This document shows positions 22,920 through 32,138 of a stretch of 64,000 bases of DNA, in pieces. The notes under the pieces were generated by a model. It saw only the letters and a list, made by a program, of their open reading frames with translations, ran no database searches and had not been told where the DNA came from. The stretch's first letter is position 1; each line of letters starts with the position of its first letter. This stretch comes from a virus. Both the position numbers and the translations under genes were made by a program. The stretch lies in IMG/VR virus record IMGVR_UViG_3300005253_000946; one strand, given 5' to 3'.

Positions 22920-24631
22920 TAAGAACCCATGTAGAAGGTGTAGACCTTAACATTTGATTCAACAGATAGGAAGTAGGCTAGTAACCATTCATCTTTAAGC
23001 TGTGGAACTTTTGTAATAGGTCTGTCTTCTATTTCACCTATACCTTCCAGAAATACATGATGCTTGTCTTGCACAACTTCTATCATCTTATCGGTTTCAT
23101 CCAGTACATGGCTCCATGTCGGGTTTTCGAGAAGTGGACCTATATAAGTTGACCCATGTTCGCCCCAGTAGATGTCTTTAAACTGTACAAAGACTACTCT
23201 ACCTTCTACAGCTACATCTCTCTTTTTATGACCATCACATTCTATACAGGAGTCAATTACGTATTTTCGTTGCCTACTCATGTATCAAGCTCCGATTGTT
23301 TTAGACTAAACTTTTCTGTGCCAGTCCATAGGTTTAACTGCATCGCTCCCTTACCATTATATGCTAATTTTTCTCCTGATTTCTTTACACCCTTTTGTTG
23401 CGCGAAGCTGGAATTAGCGTACTTATAGGAGCTAGGTGGTGTAGGATGTTTAGGCGTACCTTTTATTTTGACCTTACTATTGCCATCTGGAAAGACTTCG
23501 ATAGTGTAGGTCATTATAGGTTTATCCTTATCCGGCAACGCAATAGGAAGACGGTCTGTAACATCCCAAGCTATTACGTTCATACCTGTAATAGAGCATA
23601 TCTTCTTACCCGCTTCCTGAACTACTCCAAGGTTACGAAGCTCTGATAAACGTTTATGACCACTATTTGTTTTGTGTATATCGTTTATCTCTCTACCGGT
23701 AAGAGGTCCATTCATATACAAAAGGTGGTAGACTTTCCATCTGGTCCAACTTAGTAGTCCATTTTCTTTAATCTTTTTCCAAGCATCTTTACTGGATTGT
23801 CTGACTCTTTTACCCACTAGTTTCCTCCTTTATTTTTTCTCTAGGGACCCATACTACTACGTTACCTTTGTATGTATGGTCATTATTGTTCCCTATAATA
23901 GGGAGTGTGAAATGGTTTTTTTCTTTGTGATTGAACACGGTACATCGCCGTTCCTCGTCGACCCAACCTCTAGGATCACCACCACACCAATATTTTATCG
24001 CATCATTGAAGGGGTTAGTAGACCCTTCTGGGTACATTGCGATAGTAAATTCGTATTCCTCTAATAACAGATCCAGATTAGTCCAGAGAGTGTCCCAGGT
24101 TATTCCGTATTCTGCGTCTAGGTGTTTAGCGATCATAGCTATGGTTCGTTTAGCTATGTCTTTAGTAATATAAATATGGTGATTGTCTGCTACTTCGTAA
24201 ACGTCATCTACATCCCAAGTGTCATCGACGAATGAGTCGTGGTTTTGTATTTCGATCTTCCAATTAGTTACTTCTGCAGGGCTATCTCCTGTTAGAAGAC
24301 CATCACCTATCGCACGGTCTACCATAGATAGTAATCTGGCTTTTAGATTTTCTTCCCGTACACCATTTAATTCATAAGTTACGTCTAGTTGCATTCTTAG
24401 TTTTGTCATAGTTTATCTCCAGGGATTATTGTGAGTGTTCAAGAGCCGACACCACCCTAGAAGTGATGCCGACTCTCTACAGGTCCATAGGTTGTGGTTC
24501 TGATTGTAGGCTTCCTGTACAGCCCAAAGTCTCCTACGAATAGCATTCAGTCCAGCCGATGAATTTTCCCCTGTACCTTTCTCAGGAATAGTTCTCGACA
24601 ATCACCGCTATGGCATATAGGAGATTTTTTG

Positions 24632-24707
24632 TGGATCAGGAGGAAGGAATTGAACCTTCAACCACCAGAGCCAAATTCTGGTGCTCTACCAATTGAGCTA
24701 CTCCTGA
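24632..24707 (-). tRNA. tRNA-Gln(UUG)
   Basis: U1-A72, CCAGA-ATTTGGC-TCTGG, encoded CCA. Confidence 0.9.
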
Positions 24708-25137
24708 TTGGATAAAGGTTTTGTGCTTGTTTCCAATGCAGCTTTTTATGGCAATTGGAGCACAACACGACACATTTTCGAATTTCTTCTTCTATCTTCT
24801 TAATTGACTTCAGGTTATGTACTGCATGGCTGATATTAAATTCCTTCTTACTTGCGTCTGTATGATGAAAATCGAGACATGCTGGGTGACTTTCTCTACA
24901 TTTAATACACTTTACTCCATCCTTATATTTGAGAAACCATTCTCGGTGCTTTTTAGCTAAACGCTGTCTTTTATTTTTGTAGTACTGTGGGTTGTTCCGG
25001 TAATGCTCCTTAAGATTGAGAGCATTACAGGGCCGACAGTAAGACGCATACTTAGGAGCACCAGTCGCAAGCTGGCCTCTAATATTAAAGTGTTTAACAT
25101 CTTTTTCTTTCTGGCACCGAACACAGAGCTTCTTCAT
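24658..25137 (-). CDS. HNH endonuclease (probable start MKKLCVRC at 25137)
   Basis: CVRC...CRPC...CIKC...LDFHH...CVVLCSNCHKKLH; reads about 50 nt into tRNA-Gln. Confidence 0.9.
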   Translation of the reverse strand: MKKLCVRCQKEKDVKHFNIRGQLATGAPKYASYCRPCNALNLKEHYRNNPQYYKNKRQRLAKKHREWFLKYKDGVKCIKCRESHPACLDFHHTDASKKEFNISHAVHNLKSIKKIEEEIRKCVVLCSNCHKKLHWKQAQNLYPIRSSSIGRAPEFGSGG

Positions 25138-25194
25138 ATAGACCCCGAATAAAAATTTCCTCAACCCTACTAAGTTTTGGTATATGTGTCAAGA

Positions 25195-25230
25195 TCAAAT
25201 CCCGTTGTCTTACCCTTAGACCACTCCTGA
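25195..25230 (-). pseudogene. 5' half of a tRNA-Gln(UUG), truncated just after the anticodon
   Basis: TCAGGAG-TG-GTCT-AAGGGTA-AGAC-A-ACGGG-ATTTGA, followed directly by TCTTGACA. Confidence 0.85.
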
Positions 25231-25272
25231 TCAGAATTTTACCCTCTCAACCCTTATAACATTTTTAAAGGC

Positions 25273-25309
25273 AAAAAAGAGGGGCCAGAGTTGGGGGACT
25301 CTGGCCCCT
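25273..25309 (-). terminator. intrinsic terminator
   Basis: minus strand AGGGGCCAGAGT-CCCCCA-ACTCTGGCCCCT-CTTTTTT. Confidence 0.75.
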
Positions 25310-25661
25310 ACACTCACAGATGGGGAGAGACTCTAAGAGCCTCTCCGAGGAGGAGGGACTTATAGTATAGACCTTTTAATAAGGTCTCGTCAAAAACTAC
25401 TAACCAGATCCATTCCTATATCGCTACCTCTAGACCCTTTACAGGAATTGCATCGACAATTAGAATTTCTAGGCCACCTAGCCCAACCAGTTTCAAATGG
25501 CTCTTTGCATTGGGCACATAGCTTAACAACTGTGCCTGTTTCAAATATACAAAGAGGTTTTGCTTCTTTGGCTCTTTCCTTGTCTTTGTCGTAAGTGATT
25601 GTACCTACTACCAGGTTTTTGTTTCGTTTCCCCATTAGTATCCTTATATTGAAAAATTGTA

Positions 25662-25739
25662 TGGAGCCGAATCTCGGATTCGAACCGAGGACCTGAAGTT
25701 TACAAAACTCCTGCTCTAGCCAAGCTGAGCTAATCCGGC
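25662..25739 (-). tRNA. tRNA-Thr(UGU)
   Basis: GGAGT-TTTGTAA-ACTTC, encoded CCA. Confidence 0.95.
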
Positions 25740-25752
25740 GTAATAAGTCTTT

Positions 25753-25836
25753 TGGCTCCGGGAGCCGGGGTCGAACCAGCATAGGATTTCTCCACGAGTT
25801 AACAGCCCGCTGCATTCCCTATTATGCTATCCCGGA
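25753..25836 (-). tRNA. tRNA-Asn(GUU) with an extended variable arm
   Basis: GCGGG-CTGTTAA-CTCGT; variable region GGAGAAATCCTAT. Confidence 0.9.
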
Positions 25837-25949
25837 TTTATGTATATTTACAACCTCTATCATTGAGCTACTCTGGTTTAACCCGGCTCTAAGGGTAAGG
25901 TAATTAATGCAGAACATCAACTATCTTAGTTAACCCCCTTAGAGCCTTG

Positions 25950-26158
25950 AGAATCGGGATCGGAAAGCTCCCTTACCAGCTCACATCGAAATCCTTTTAA
26001 ACGAGCCAACGCAATTTTTGCTTTGATGGTACTGTTCAGTCTTACCAACCAATACAGCCCTATAAGCTCTTAAGTGGTCTGCCACTGCCCTACCTAGTTC
26101 AAGAGTAGAGAAGGAAGCTTCATACAGCCTTTCGGCAATTTCGACTCTGGACGATTCT
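25950..26158 (-). ncRNA. putative structured ncRNA (unknown family)
   Basis: closing helix AGAATCG/CGATTCT, GCC-GAAA-GGC GNRA hairpin; no long ORF. Confidence 0.45.
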
Positions 26159-26205
26159 GTGCTTTTATTCTATATTCCGGAATAAGGAATATTTATTAGT
26201 TAAAC

Positions 26206-26399
26206 CCACAGGTGCTCGGACGTAACTCCGATGTGAGGTATCCCCCGTTTGCTGGTGTCACCCGGTTATGTCTGACTCGGGTCACCTTTCACCAACGGCC
26301 TAAGCTTTGTAGTATGGTTTTTCACCGCTGACTCGACCTAGTACCACCCGTATTATTCGGGCTATGGGCGTGCATATACTTCACGCCATACACCTGTGG
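26206..26399 (-). ncRNA. putative multibranch ncRNA (unknown family)
   Basis: 9-bp closing helix CCACAGGTG/CACCTGTGG enclosing at least four hairpins. Confidence 0.55.
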
Positions 26400-26421
26400 T
26401 AATCATACTAGGTATGATTGC

Positions 26422-26497
26422 TGGGCCGCCCTATGAGAATTGAACTCACATACCTGGCTCCACAAACCAGTGTCTTAGCCGTTAGACGAAGGGCGGC
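26422..26497 (-). tRNA. tRNA-His(GUG)
   Basis: CTGGT-TTGTGGA-GCCAG; encoded G-1:C73 and CCA. Confidence 0.93.
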
Positions 26498-26509
26498 GAT
26501 GTTGTGACT

Positions 26510-27025
26510 TTACCAGTTTTCTCTGGTTTTTAGTGCGTGGCACCAGACACATCTTACCTCAAGATTCTCTACATTATTGTTATTTCTGTCTCTATCTTTA
26601 TGATGAACATCTAACATTTTTTCTTTGACTTCATCAAAAGGACAGTCTGAGTTACTACATTTTTTACCATACTCTTTGAATGCCCTCGTTCTGTAAATAT
26701 ATTGGCCGTGTTTTAAGTTTCTTCCACCACTCTCTTGATTGTTTATTGTAATAGCACAGCTCTGAGAACAGTACACCCTTCCACTTTTACTGTTACGTAG
26801 TCTCTTTTTGGTAACCTCAATAGGTTTCTCACAGTTATTACATTTAGTGGAAATAAGTCCATGCCCGTGTTTGATGCTATAGTAAGTTCCACTACAGCTC
26901 TGGCTACAAAAAGCTAATGGACGTTTTTTAAGTCGTCTCCGTTCTTTCCATACAACTGTGCTACACTGTGCACAGTTCTTCTTAACTCTCCAAACCCCTT
27001 TTATCTTTTTCTCTTGAATATGCAT
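26510..27025 (-). CDS. HNH homing endonuclease with Zn-ribbon repeats
   Basis: FCSQSC and YCSQSC repeats; LDVHHKDRDRNNNNVENLEVRCVWCH. Confidence 0.9.
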   Translation of the reverse strand: MHIQEKKIKGVWRVKKNCAQCSTVVWKERRRLKKRPLAFCSQSCSGTYYSIKHGHGLISTKCNNCEKPIEVTKKRLRNSKSGRVYCSQSCAITINNQESGGRNLKHGQYIYRTRAFKEYGKKCSNSDCPFDEVKEKMLDVHHKDRDRNNNNVENLEVRCVWCHALKTRENW

Positions 27026-27031
27026 TGACTA

Positions 27032-27060
27032 ATGGTAAGCTAGGCTGGATTGGATGTCAA
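27032..27060 (-). promoter_or_regulatory. sigma70-type promoter of the HNH gene (leaderless)
   Basis: TTGACA-N17-TACCAT, 6 nt before the ATG, no SD. Confidence 0.75.
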
Positions 27061-27061
27061 A

Positions 27062-27098
27062 CCACAAACCGGCGCATTACCAATCTGCCACGGACGAC
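27062..27098 (-). pseudogene. 5' half of a tRNA-His(GUG), truncated just after the anticodon
   Basis: G-TCGTCCG-TG-GCAGATTGGTAATGC-G-CCGGT-TTGTGG, followed by TTTGACA. Confidence 0.8.
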
Positions 27099-27115
27099 TT
27101 AGTTAAAATTGCAAG

Positions 27116-27263
27116 GCATATTCGATAACCGGCTTTCCACCTATTCTAGAATAAGCTTCTATGTTTTCAGACATCCCGGCTGAGATGATTAAAGCTAGCC
27201 ACCATCTCACTTCTTGACCTGTCTTCCATACTATCGAATATGCATCAGGAACCTCACGGTTCC
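27116..27263 (-). ncRNA. putative structured ncRNA (unknown family)
   Basis: perfect 12-bp helix GCATATTCGATA/TATCGAATATGC; GGAACC-GTGA-GGTTCC GNRA hairpin. Confidence 0.5.
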
Positions 27264-27409
27264 CGAAATATGATTGCATCTCGGAGCGTACCGGAATGTT
27301 ATAAACTTTCCGTTTCCTTGACGGGGCAACTACTAGTCTAGCACACCGTTTAATATGGCTGCCGCCACAACGGTCACTAGCGACTCATCGCCCTACTTAT
27401 ATAAGGTCT

Positions 27410-27485
27410 TGGTCGGGATAGTAGGATTTGAACCTACGTCTCCGCGTCCCAAACGCGGTGCTAAGCCGGATTCAGCTATACCCCG
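27410..27485 (-). tRNA. tRNA-Pro(UGG)
   Basis: CCGCG-TTTGGGA-CGCGG, encoded CCA. Confidence 0.95.
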
Positions 27486-27500
27486 TAGCTGTGGATACTA

Positions 27501-27989
27501 CTACGCTGTTTTCTTTTTTTCAATAGGAGCTATCCAGGGTAAGATACCGTCAAAAGGTACTTTCTCTCCAAATAGTTTTTCGTATAACTCTACAGCCGGT
27601 CTCCACTCTTCTACGGTACCGTCGTCATTGTCACTAAACTCAACAACTGGAAAATACTTTTTCAGACGTATTAGCGCAGTCGTAACTACTATGTCGTAGG
27701 GATATTTACCAGTCTTACAGTAATCGTGATACAGACCAGATTTTTCATCTTTAGAGTCCATCCATATGACCGGATCAATATTCTGCTCTACACCGAAAGT
27801 CTCAAGACCATCGTCTAATTTTCCATTTATCCAAACATAGGTGTTGGTTAGTTCTGGATCGCCAGTACCGCACCCGCCCGCAATAGGTACTCCAGCCGTG
27901 TCGACTATCTTTTGCACGTCTTCAGACCACGCTGTGAATAAGTCTTGTTCTAGAACTAGTGGTCTGTACCAATAGTGCGTATAACCCAA
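27501..27989 (-). CDS. conserved phage hypothetical protein
   Basis: MGYTHYW...CKTGKYPYD motif pattern. Confidence 0.6.
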   Translation of the reverse strand: MGYTHYWYRPLVLEQDLFTAWSEDVQKIVDTAGVPIAGGCGTGDPELTNTYVWINGKLDDGLETFGVEQNIDPVIWMDSKDEKSGLYHDYCKTGKYPYDIVVTTALIRLKKYFPVVEFSDNDDGTVEEWRPAVELYEKLFGEKVPFDGILPWIAPIEKKKTA

Positions 27990-28852
27990 AAGTATCCTCC
28001 TGTGTGTTTAGTTAGGTTTGCAACCACCTTTTTTGGTGTGGTTGGTAATAGCTGCTATGAGACTCTCGATGTTAGGTTCAGTAGGTCTGGGTCCGCCTAT
28101 ATTAAGAGACAGATTATCGCCTTCCATTATATTCTTGAAGTCTTTTATAGGGCACTCATCAGCTTTGAAACAATTATCGCAATCAGGGAAGCCTTTACTA
28201 TCTCCTTCCATGATACTCATTTCTACCTTGATAACTCTGTTTGACTTGTCGAAGTCTCTCATTAGAGTTAGAAGGAATGCTTCTAAGTTTGAGCCTGGTT
28301 TGAATGCGGCGTCAAACCTTTTTTCTAACGCTCCAAGACTACCTATAATTGTAGATAAAGATTTATCACTAAATTCACCAGCTACTGACGAAGCTAAGTG
28401 TATAATGTCACTAAGAGCGCGTGCCTGCCCCCGTGTGATACTGTAGTACATCTCATCGTCGTTTTTTTTATCTTCCATGTGGTTGCTCTTCCTTATCTAT
28501 AGGGAATCCTATTTTTTTGGTTTCAGTACACTCTTCGTCTGAGCATTTGTACTCTTCTACCCCATCGTCTATAGATTCGAGGATCATAACACTACCACAG
28601 TCACACCATGTTTTGGTATACCCCATGAGAAGTTCCTTAATAGTAAAAAGTTAATGTAGATAAGCTAAGGGGTGTTTACCCCCTGTTTTAATACCACTGA
28701 CTAGGCAGCTTTTCATCTGCTTTATCAGTAGTCCTGCCCGACAGTATCGCGTCGACTTTTACTCATGTTAGTCTCCTAGTAAAGAGTTGTGGTTTTTGCC
28801 TTCATAAATCTTATGACACAAACCTACCGGTTATTTCACTAAGAGAAGTGCT

Positions 28853-28928
28853 TGGTGGATCCTCCCAGATTTGAACTGGAAACCCACGCATTATGAGTGC
28901 GGCGCTCTACCAATTGAGCTAAGGATCC
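28853..28928 (-). tRNA. tRNA(CAU), Ile2 or elongator Met
   Basis: CGCA-CTCATAA-TGCG, G1-C72. Confidence 0.9.
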
Positions 28929-29357
28929 ACATAAGAGTTAATTATTCTCATACCTAGTTTTAAGGGTTTCTACGACATATTTAGGTAAGAAGTCAGGAGC
29001 GCCATCACGGATGTCATAGTACCCTAGTAATCGGTCACTACAACTACCTCTAGTCGTTAGATGATGGTGTAACGCCCAAGCACGTTTCGCTCTCCAACCA
29101 GCTATAAGTCTGCCTTTACTTTTACTGAAGTTGTCGTTGGGGTGGACTACCGCTATACCTACATAAGCTTTGTATCCAGCTATTACAGCAGCTACTGTTA
29201 CTTTTCTTGTATCAACTCTAGTTAGGTCTAATTGTTCTCCAGCCATTTCTGTGTGGAAGAATATAGGACTAAGTTTCAGTACTTCTTTGTCATTCGGCCA
29301 TTCTTGTATACTTTTTTGTTTCGACATGATTATCTCCGTTTTTGTTTATAGATTGCT

Positions 29358-29432
29358 TGGTGGGTCCACAGCGATTTGAACGCTGACAATTAGCTTAAAA
29401 GGCTAAGATGCTACCAATTACATCATGGACCC
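29358..29432 (-). tRNA. tRNA-Lys(UUU)
   Basis: TTAGC-CTTTTAA-GCTAA. Confidence 0.93.
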
Positions 29433-29462
29433 GTGAACATTTCTGGAGTGTCTAAATACCAA

Positions 29463-29538
29463 TGGTAGCACGGACTGGACTTGAACCAGCAACCTTCCCC
29501 GTATGAGAGGGATGTTCCACCATTTGAACTACCGTGCC
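29463..29538 (-). tRNA. tRNA-Met(CAU), probably elongator
   Basis: TCCCT-CTCATAC-GGGGA; 1-72 paired. Confidence 0.9.
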
Positions 29539-30607
29539 TTAGCCACTAATATCAGTTGGACCAATTATACGTTTCGCAAGATCTTCACTTTCCAAATAAA
29601 ACTCGTCTTTCCAGTATACTGTTTCAGTCTCTATTGCAGGTAACTGAGGATTAATTTTAACTGAAGTCTCGTATACGAAACCGAAGTTACGCAATATTTG
29701 CCCAAACCTCAAGTCGGGGTTTTTATCTACGAGTTCACTTAACATCTTGGCCAGTAGTTTATTTGCTTCTTGCCTTTTCATATTATAACTTTAACTCCTA
29801 TTTCTCCTTGTAGACGGTTTGTCATGTCCTCATTAGATTCTATTCCAAGGTGGAGATAGTCGCACATTTCAGAGTAGACTCCAAAAGCTTTGTCTCTAGT
29901 TTCTGATTCTGGATGGCGATAGGCTATAACTTCAAATGTGTGCATTAGGTGTCCGTAGTAATGAACAGGTAACATGTCAATAGCCTGCTGGTTGCTTTTA
30001 CCTATATCTTTGATGGATTGGAATTCTGTGTTGATCAAAAAGGATGAAGGTATTTTTTCTGCTGGTTGAAGCATTATACTACGTATCCAACGAACCATCA
30101 TCTTAATTTCTTCAGTGCTAGCGTTGTCTGGTCCACGTAGCCCAGTTATTAGAGTCGCTTGCTCCTTGCGAGGTAAATTCATTACCCAATCTTGTAAAAC
30201 ACTATCCATTAATGATCTCCTTTTCTCTCTTTTTTGTTTTAGATTTAGTGGTAGATCTTCGCCTGTACATATTCCTACCTTTTTCGTCCTTACGGTCGGC
30301 CACTACTAAAATGCCGTCTGCTACAAGAACATCCAACCAGAAAGCTACAGCTCCTGTTTCTTCATCCAAGTAGTCTCCGTATATATGACCCTTTTTGTCC
30401 CATACACCTTGTTCTCTTAAATATTTGGCCCGTTTTCGTACTTGCCATTCAGTAGTACCTAAAAACTTCGCTATAGGTTTACACCAAGGACCTACCTCAC
30501 AGATAGCTATGAGAAGTATTAAAGCAGTAAGCATGTCTTCATCTTTAAGACAAGGGTCTATTTTACGTAAGTTTCTCTCATAAAACTTCCTGGTTCTAGG
30601 TCTACCT

Positions 30608-30904
30608 CTAGTCTCGGATGTGTTCAATTATTCCCTCCGAATCAGGTTTGCCCCATTTACGTTTTTTGTTTATCTCAAGCTTCTTTTTAGCCTCTTCCAG
30701 TAAATCGTAGCCCACTAGGTCTGAATGTCTGAGTAGGAGTATAAGTATGTCTGCTGCTTCTACAGGGTCTAGTGGATGCTCTAATAACTCCTCAGCTTCT
30801 TTGTGTATATGTTTAACGACAGGTACGATCCGTTCTTTACCTCCACCAAAAGTCTCTCTTGCCCAGTGGATAGCGTGTATTGCAAATTCTGCGTATTTCT
30901 CCAT
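30608..30904 (-). CDS. DUF550/MazG-like dNTP pyrophosphohydrolase
   Basis: KHIHKEAEEL...EAADILILL...KKLEINKKRKW. Confidence 0.75.
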   Translation of the reverse strand: MEKYAEFAIHAIHWARETFGGGKERIVPVVKHIHKEAEELLEHPLDPVEAADILILLLRHSDLVGYDLLEEAKKKLEINKKRKWGKPDSEGIIEHIRD

Positions 30905-31049
30905 AGAAAAGCTCCTTTTAAAATTTCAGACCCACCCATCTAGCGGTGGGGCTAGACAGGTGGGCCTATAGGTGTATCGACTTACAGGCAGGGGATACTT
31001 CCTGGCGATACGTTTATATCTTACCTAACTTTTGGTTAGGAAGATAGTT

Positions 31050-31135
31050 TGGTGCCGGAGGCGAGAATCGAACTCGCACACCCGAAGGCACGAGGTCCTA
31101 AACCTCGCGTGTCTGCCTAGTTCCACCACTCCGGC
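31050..31135 (-). tRNA. tRNA-Leu(UAG)
   Basis: CGAGG-TTTAGGA-CCTCG, long variable arm. Confidence 0.95.
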
Positions 31136-31137
31136 TT

Positions 31138-31214
31138 TGGTGACTCCAACGGGATTTGAACCCATGTTGCCAGGGCGAAAACCTGGTGTCCTAACCAAGC
31201 TAGACGATGGAGTC
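31138..31214 (-). tRNA. tRNA-Glu(UUC)
   Basis: CCAGG-TTTTCGC-CCTGG. Confidence 0.93.
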
Positions 31215-31252
31215 TATGTATCTCTTATAACATAAAGAGTAGCTAAATTAAA

Positions 31253-31333
31253 TGGCGGTGACGATGGGATTTGAACCCACATAAACCTCCTTGACAGGGA
31301 GGTACTTTACCTAGTCTTTTAAGCTACGTCACC
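31253..31333 (-). tRNA. tRNA-Asp(GUC) with an enlarged D loop
   Basis: CCTCC-CTGTCAA-GGAGG, G73. Confidence 0.9.
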
Positions 31334-31334
31334 G

Positions 31335-31410
31335 TGGTAGGACTGGTCAGGCTTGAACTGACGACTTTCTGCGTGTAAGGCAGATGCTCTCTCTACTGAG
31401 CTACGGCCCC
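31335..31410 (-). tRNA. tRNA-Val(UAC)
   Basis: TCTGC-CTTACAC-GCAGA. Confidence 0.93.
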
Positions 31411-31445
31411 GAAGAGATAATAAACTAACTGTACAAATATTTCAA

Positions 31446-31521
31446 TGGCGGGAAGTAGAGGACTCGAACCCCTGACTCAAGATTTGGAGTCTTGTGTGTT
31501 ACCAGTTACAACCAACGACCC
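31446..31521 (-). tRNA. tRNA-Trp(CCA) with two acceptor-stem mismatches
   Basis: CAAGA-CTCCAAA-TCTTG; GGGTCGT/ACTTCCC. Confidence 0.8.
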
Positions 31522-31522
31522 T

Positions 31523-31599
31523 TGGAGTCGGCGGACGGAATCGAACCGTCGATGATCGGTTTTGCAGACCGACGCTTTAACCAACTTAGCTACGCCGAC
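31523..31599 (-). tRNA. tRNA-Cys(GCA)
   Basis: TCGGT-CTGCAAA-ACCGA, U73. Confidence 0.93.
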
Positions 31600-31624
31600 A
31601 CTATAAGATTCGAGTATAATTGCG

Positions 31625-31716
31625 TGGCGGAAGGAGTGGGACTCGAACCCACAAGCCGACTTACGCCGACCACCTGATTAGCAGTCAGGCTCAATAGCCA
31701 GTTCTGACACCCTTCC
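31625..31716 (-). tRNA. tRNA-Ser(GCU)
   Basis: CCTGA-CTGCTAA-TCAGG, long variable arm, G73. Confidence 0.95.
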
Positions 31717-31744
31717 TATAATTGCTGGTAGCTGGAATGGGGCC

Positions 31745-32101
31745 TTACTCTACTTTCTTTTCCCATAAAGTTTTATGTGTTCTTATCCGATGACAATTAG
31801 CACATCTAATTTCACACTTTTCAATCTCAGCCCTTATCCTATTCATAGACACACATCTCTTTACAAGATTTGAAACAGAGTCTTCTTTCTCCCCGCGAAC
31901 ATGGTCAAAATCAAGAGCACGGATATCTGAAAAGCCGCAGTCCACACAAGGATGCTGTGACAAATAGTCTGCGATAAACTTCTTGCGAAGAGCGAACTGC
32001 TTTCGTTTAGATAACCGTGATCTCTCTTTATATATTTCTTTGTTAGCTTCGTAATGTTGTTTTGCCGCTTGCTTCTGCTTCTCTTTGTCTTTATAGGCCA
32101 T
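31745..32101 (-). CDS. HNH endonuclease
   Basis: CVDC...LDFDHVRGEK...CEIRCANCHRIR; upstream TTGACA-N17-TAAGCT-N6-ATG. Confidence 0.88.
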   Translation of the reverse strand: MAYKDKEKQKQAAKQHYEANKEIYKERSRLSKRKQFALRKKFIADYLSQHPCVDCGFSDIRALDFDHVRGEKEDSVSNLVKRCVSMNRIRAEIEKCEIRCANCHRIRTHKTLWEKKVE

Positions 32102-32138
32102 ACCGACAGCTTATGGGGTTCAAATATCTTTGTCAAGA

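Noticed and set aside
25390-25815. 141-aa ORF in the track
   Set aside because: Its 5' part runs through tRNA-Asn and tRNA-Thr; the real gene probably starts at ATG 25635 (MGKRNKNL...).
27031-27050. Apparent tRNA 3' end CTAGCTTACCA
   Set aside because: Better explained as the spacer and -10 box (TACCAT) of the HNH promoter.
31032-31677. Short plus-strand ORFs (31032..31235, 31492..31677) and 36259..36483, 27355..27699
   Set aside because: They are antisense to tRNA genes or real CDSs, a typical shadow-ORF artefact.
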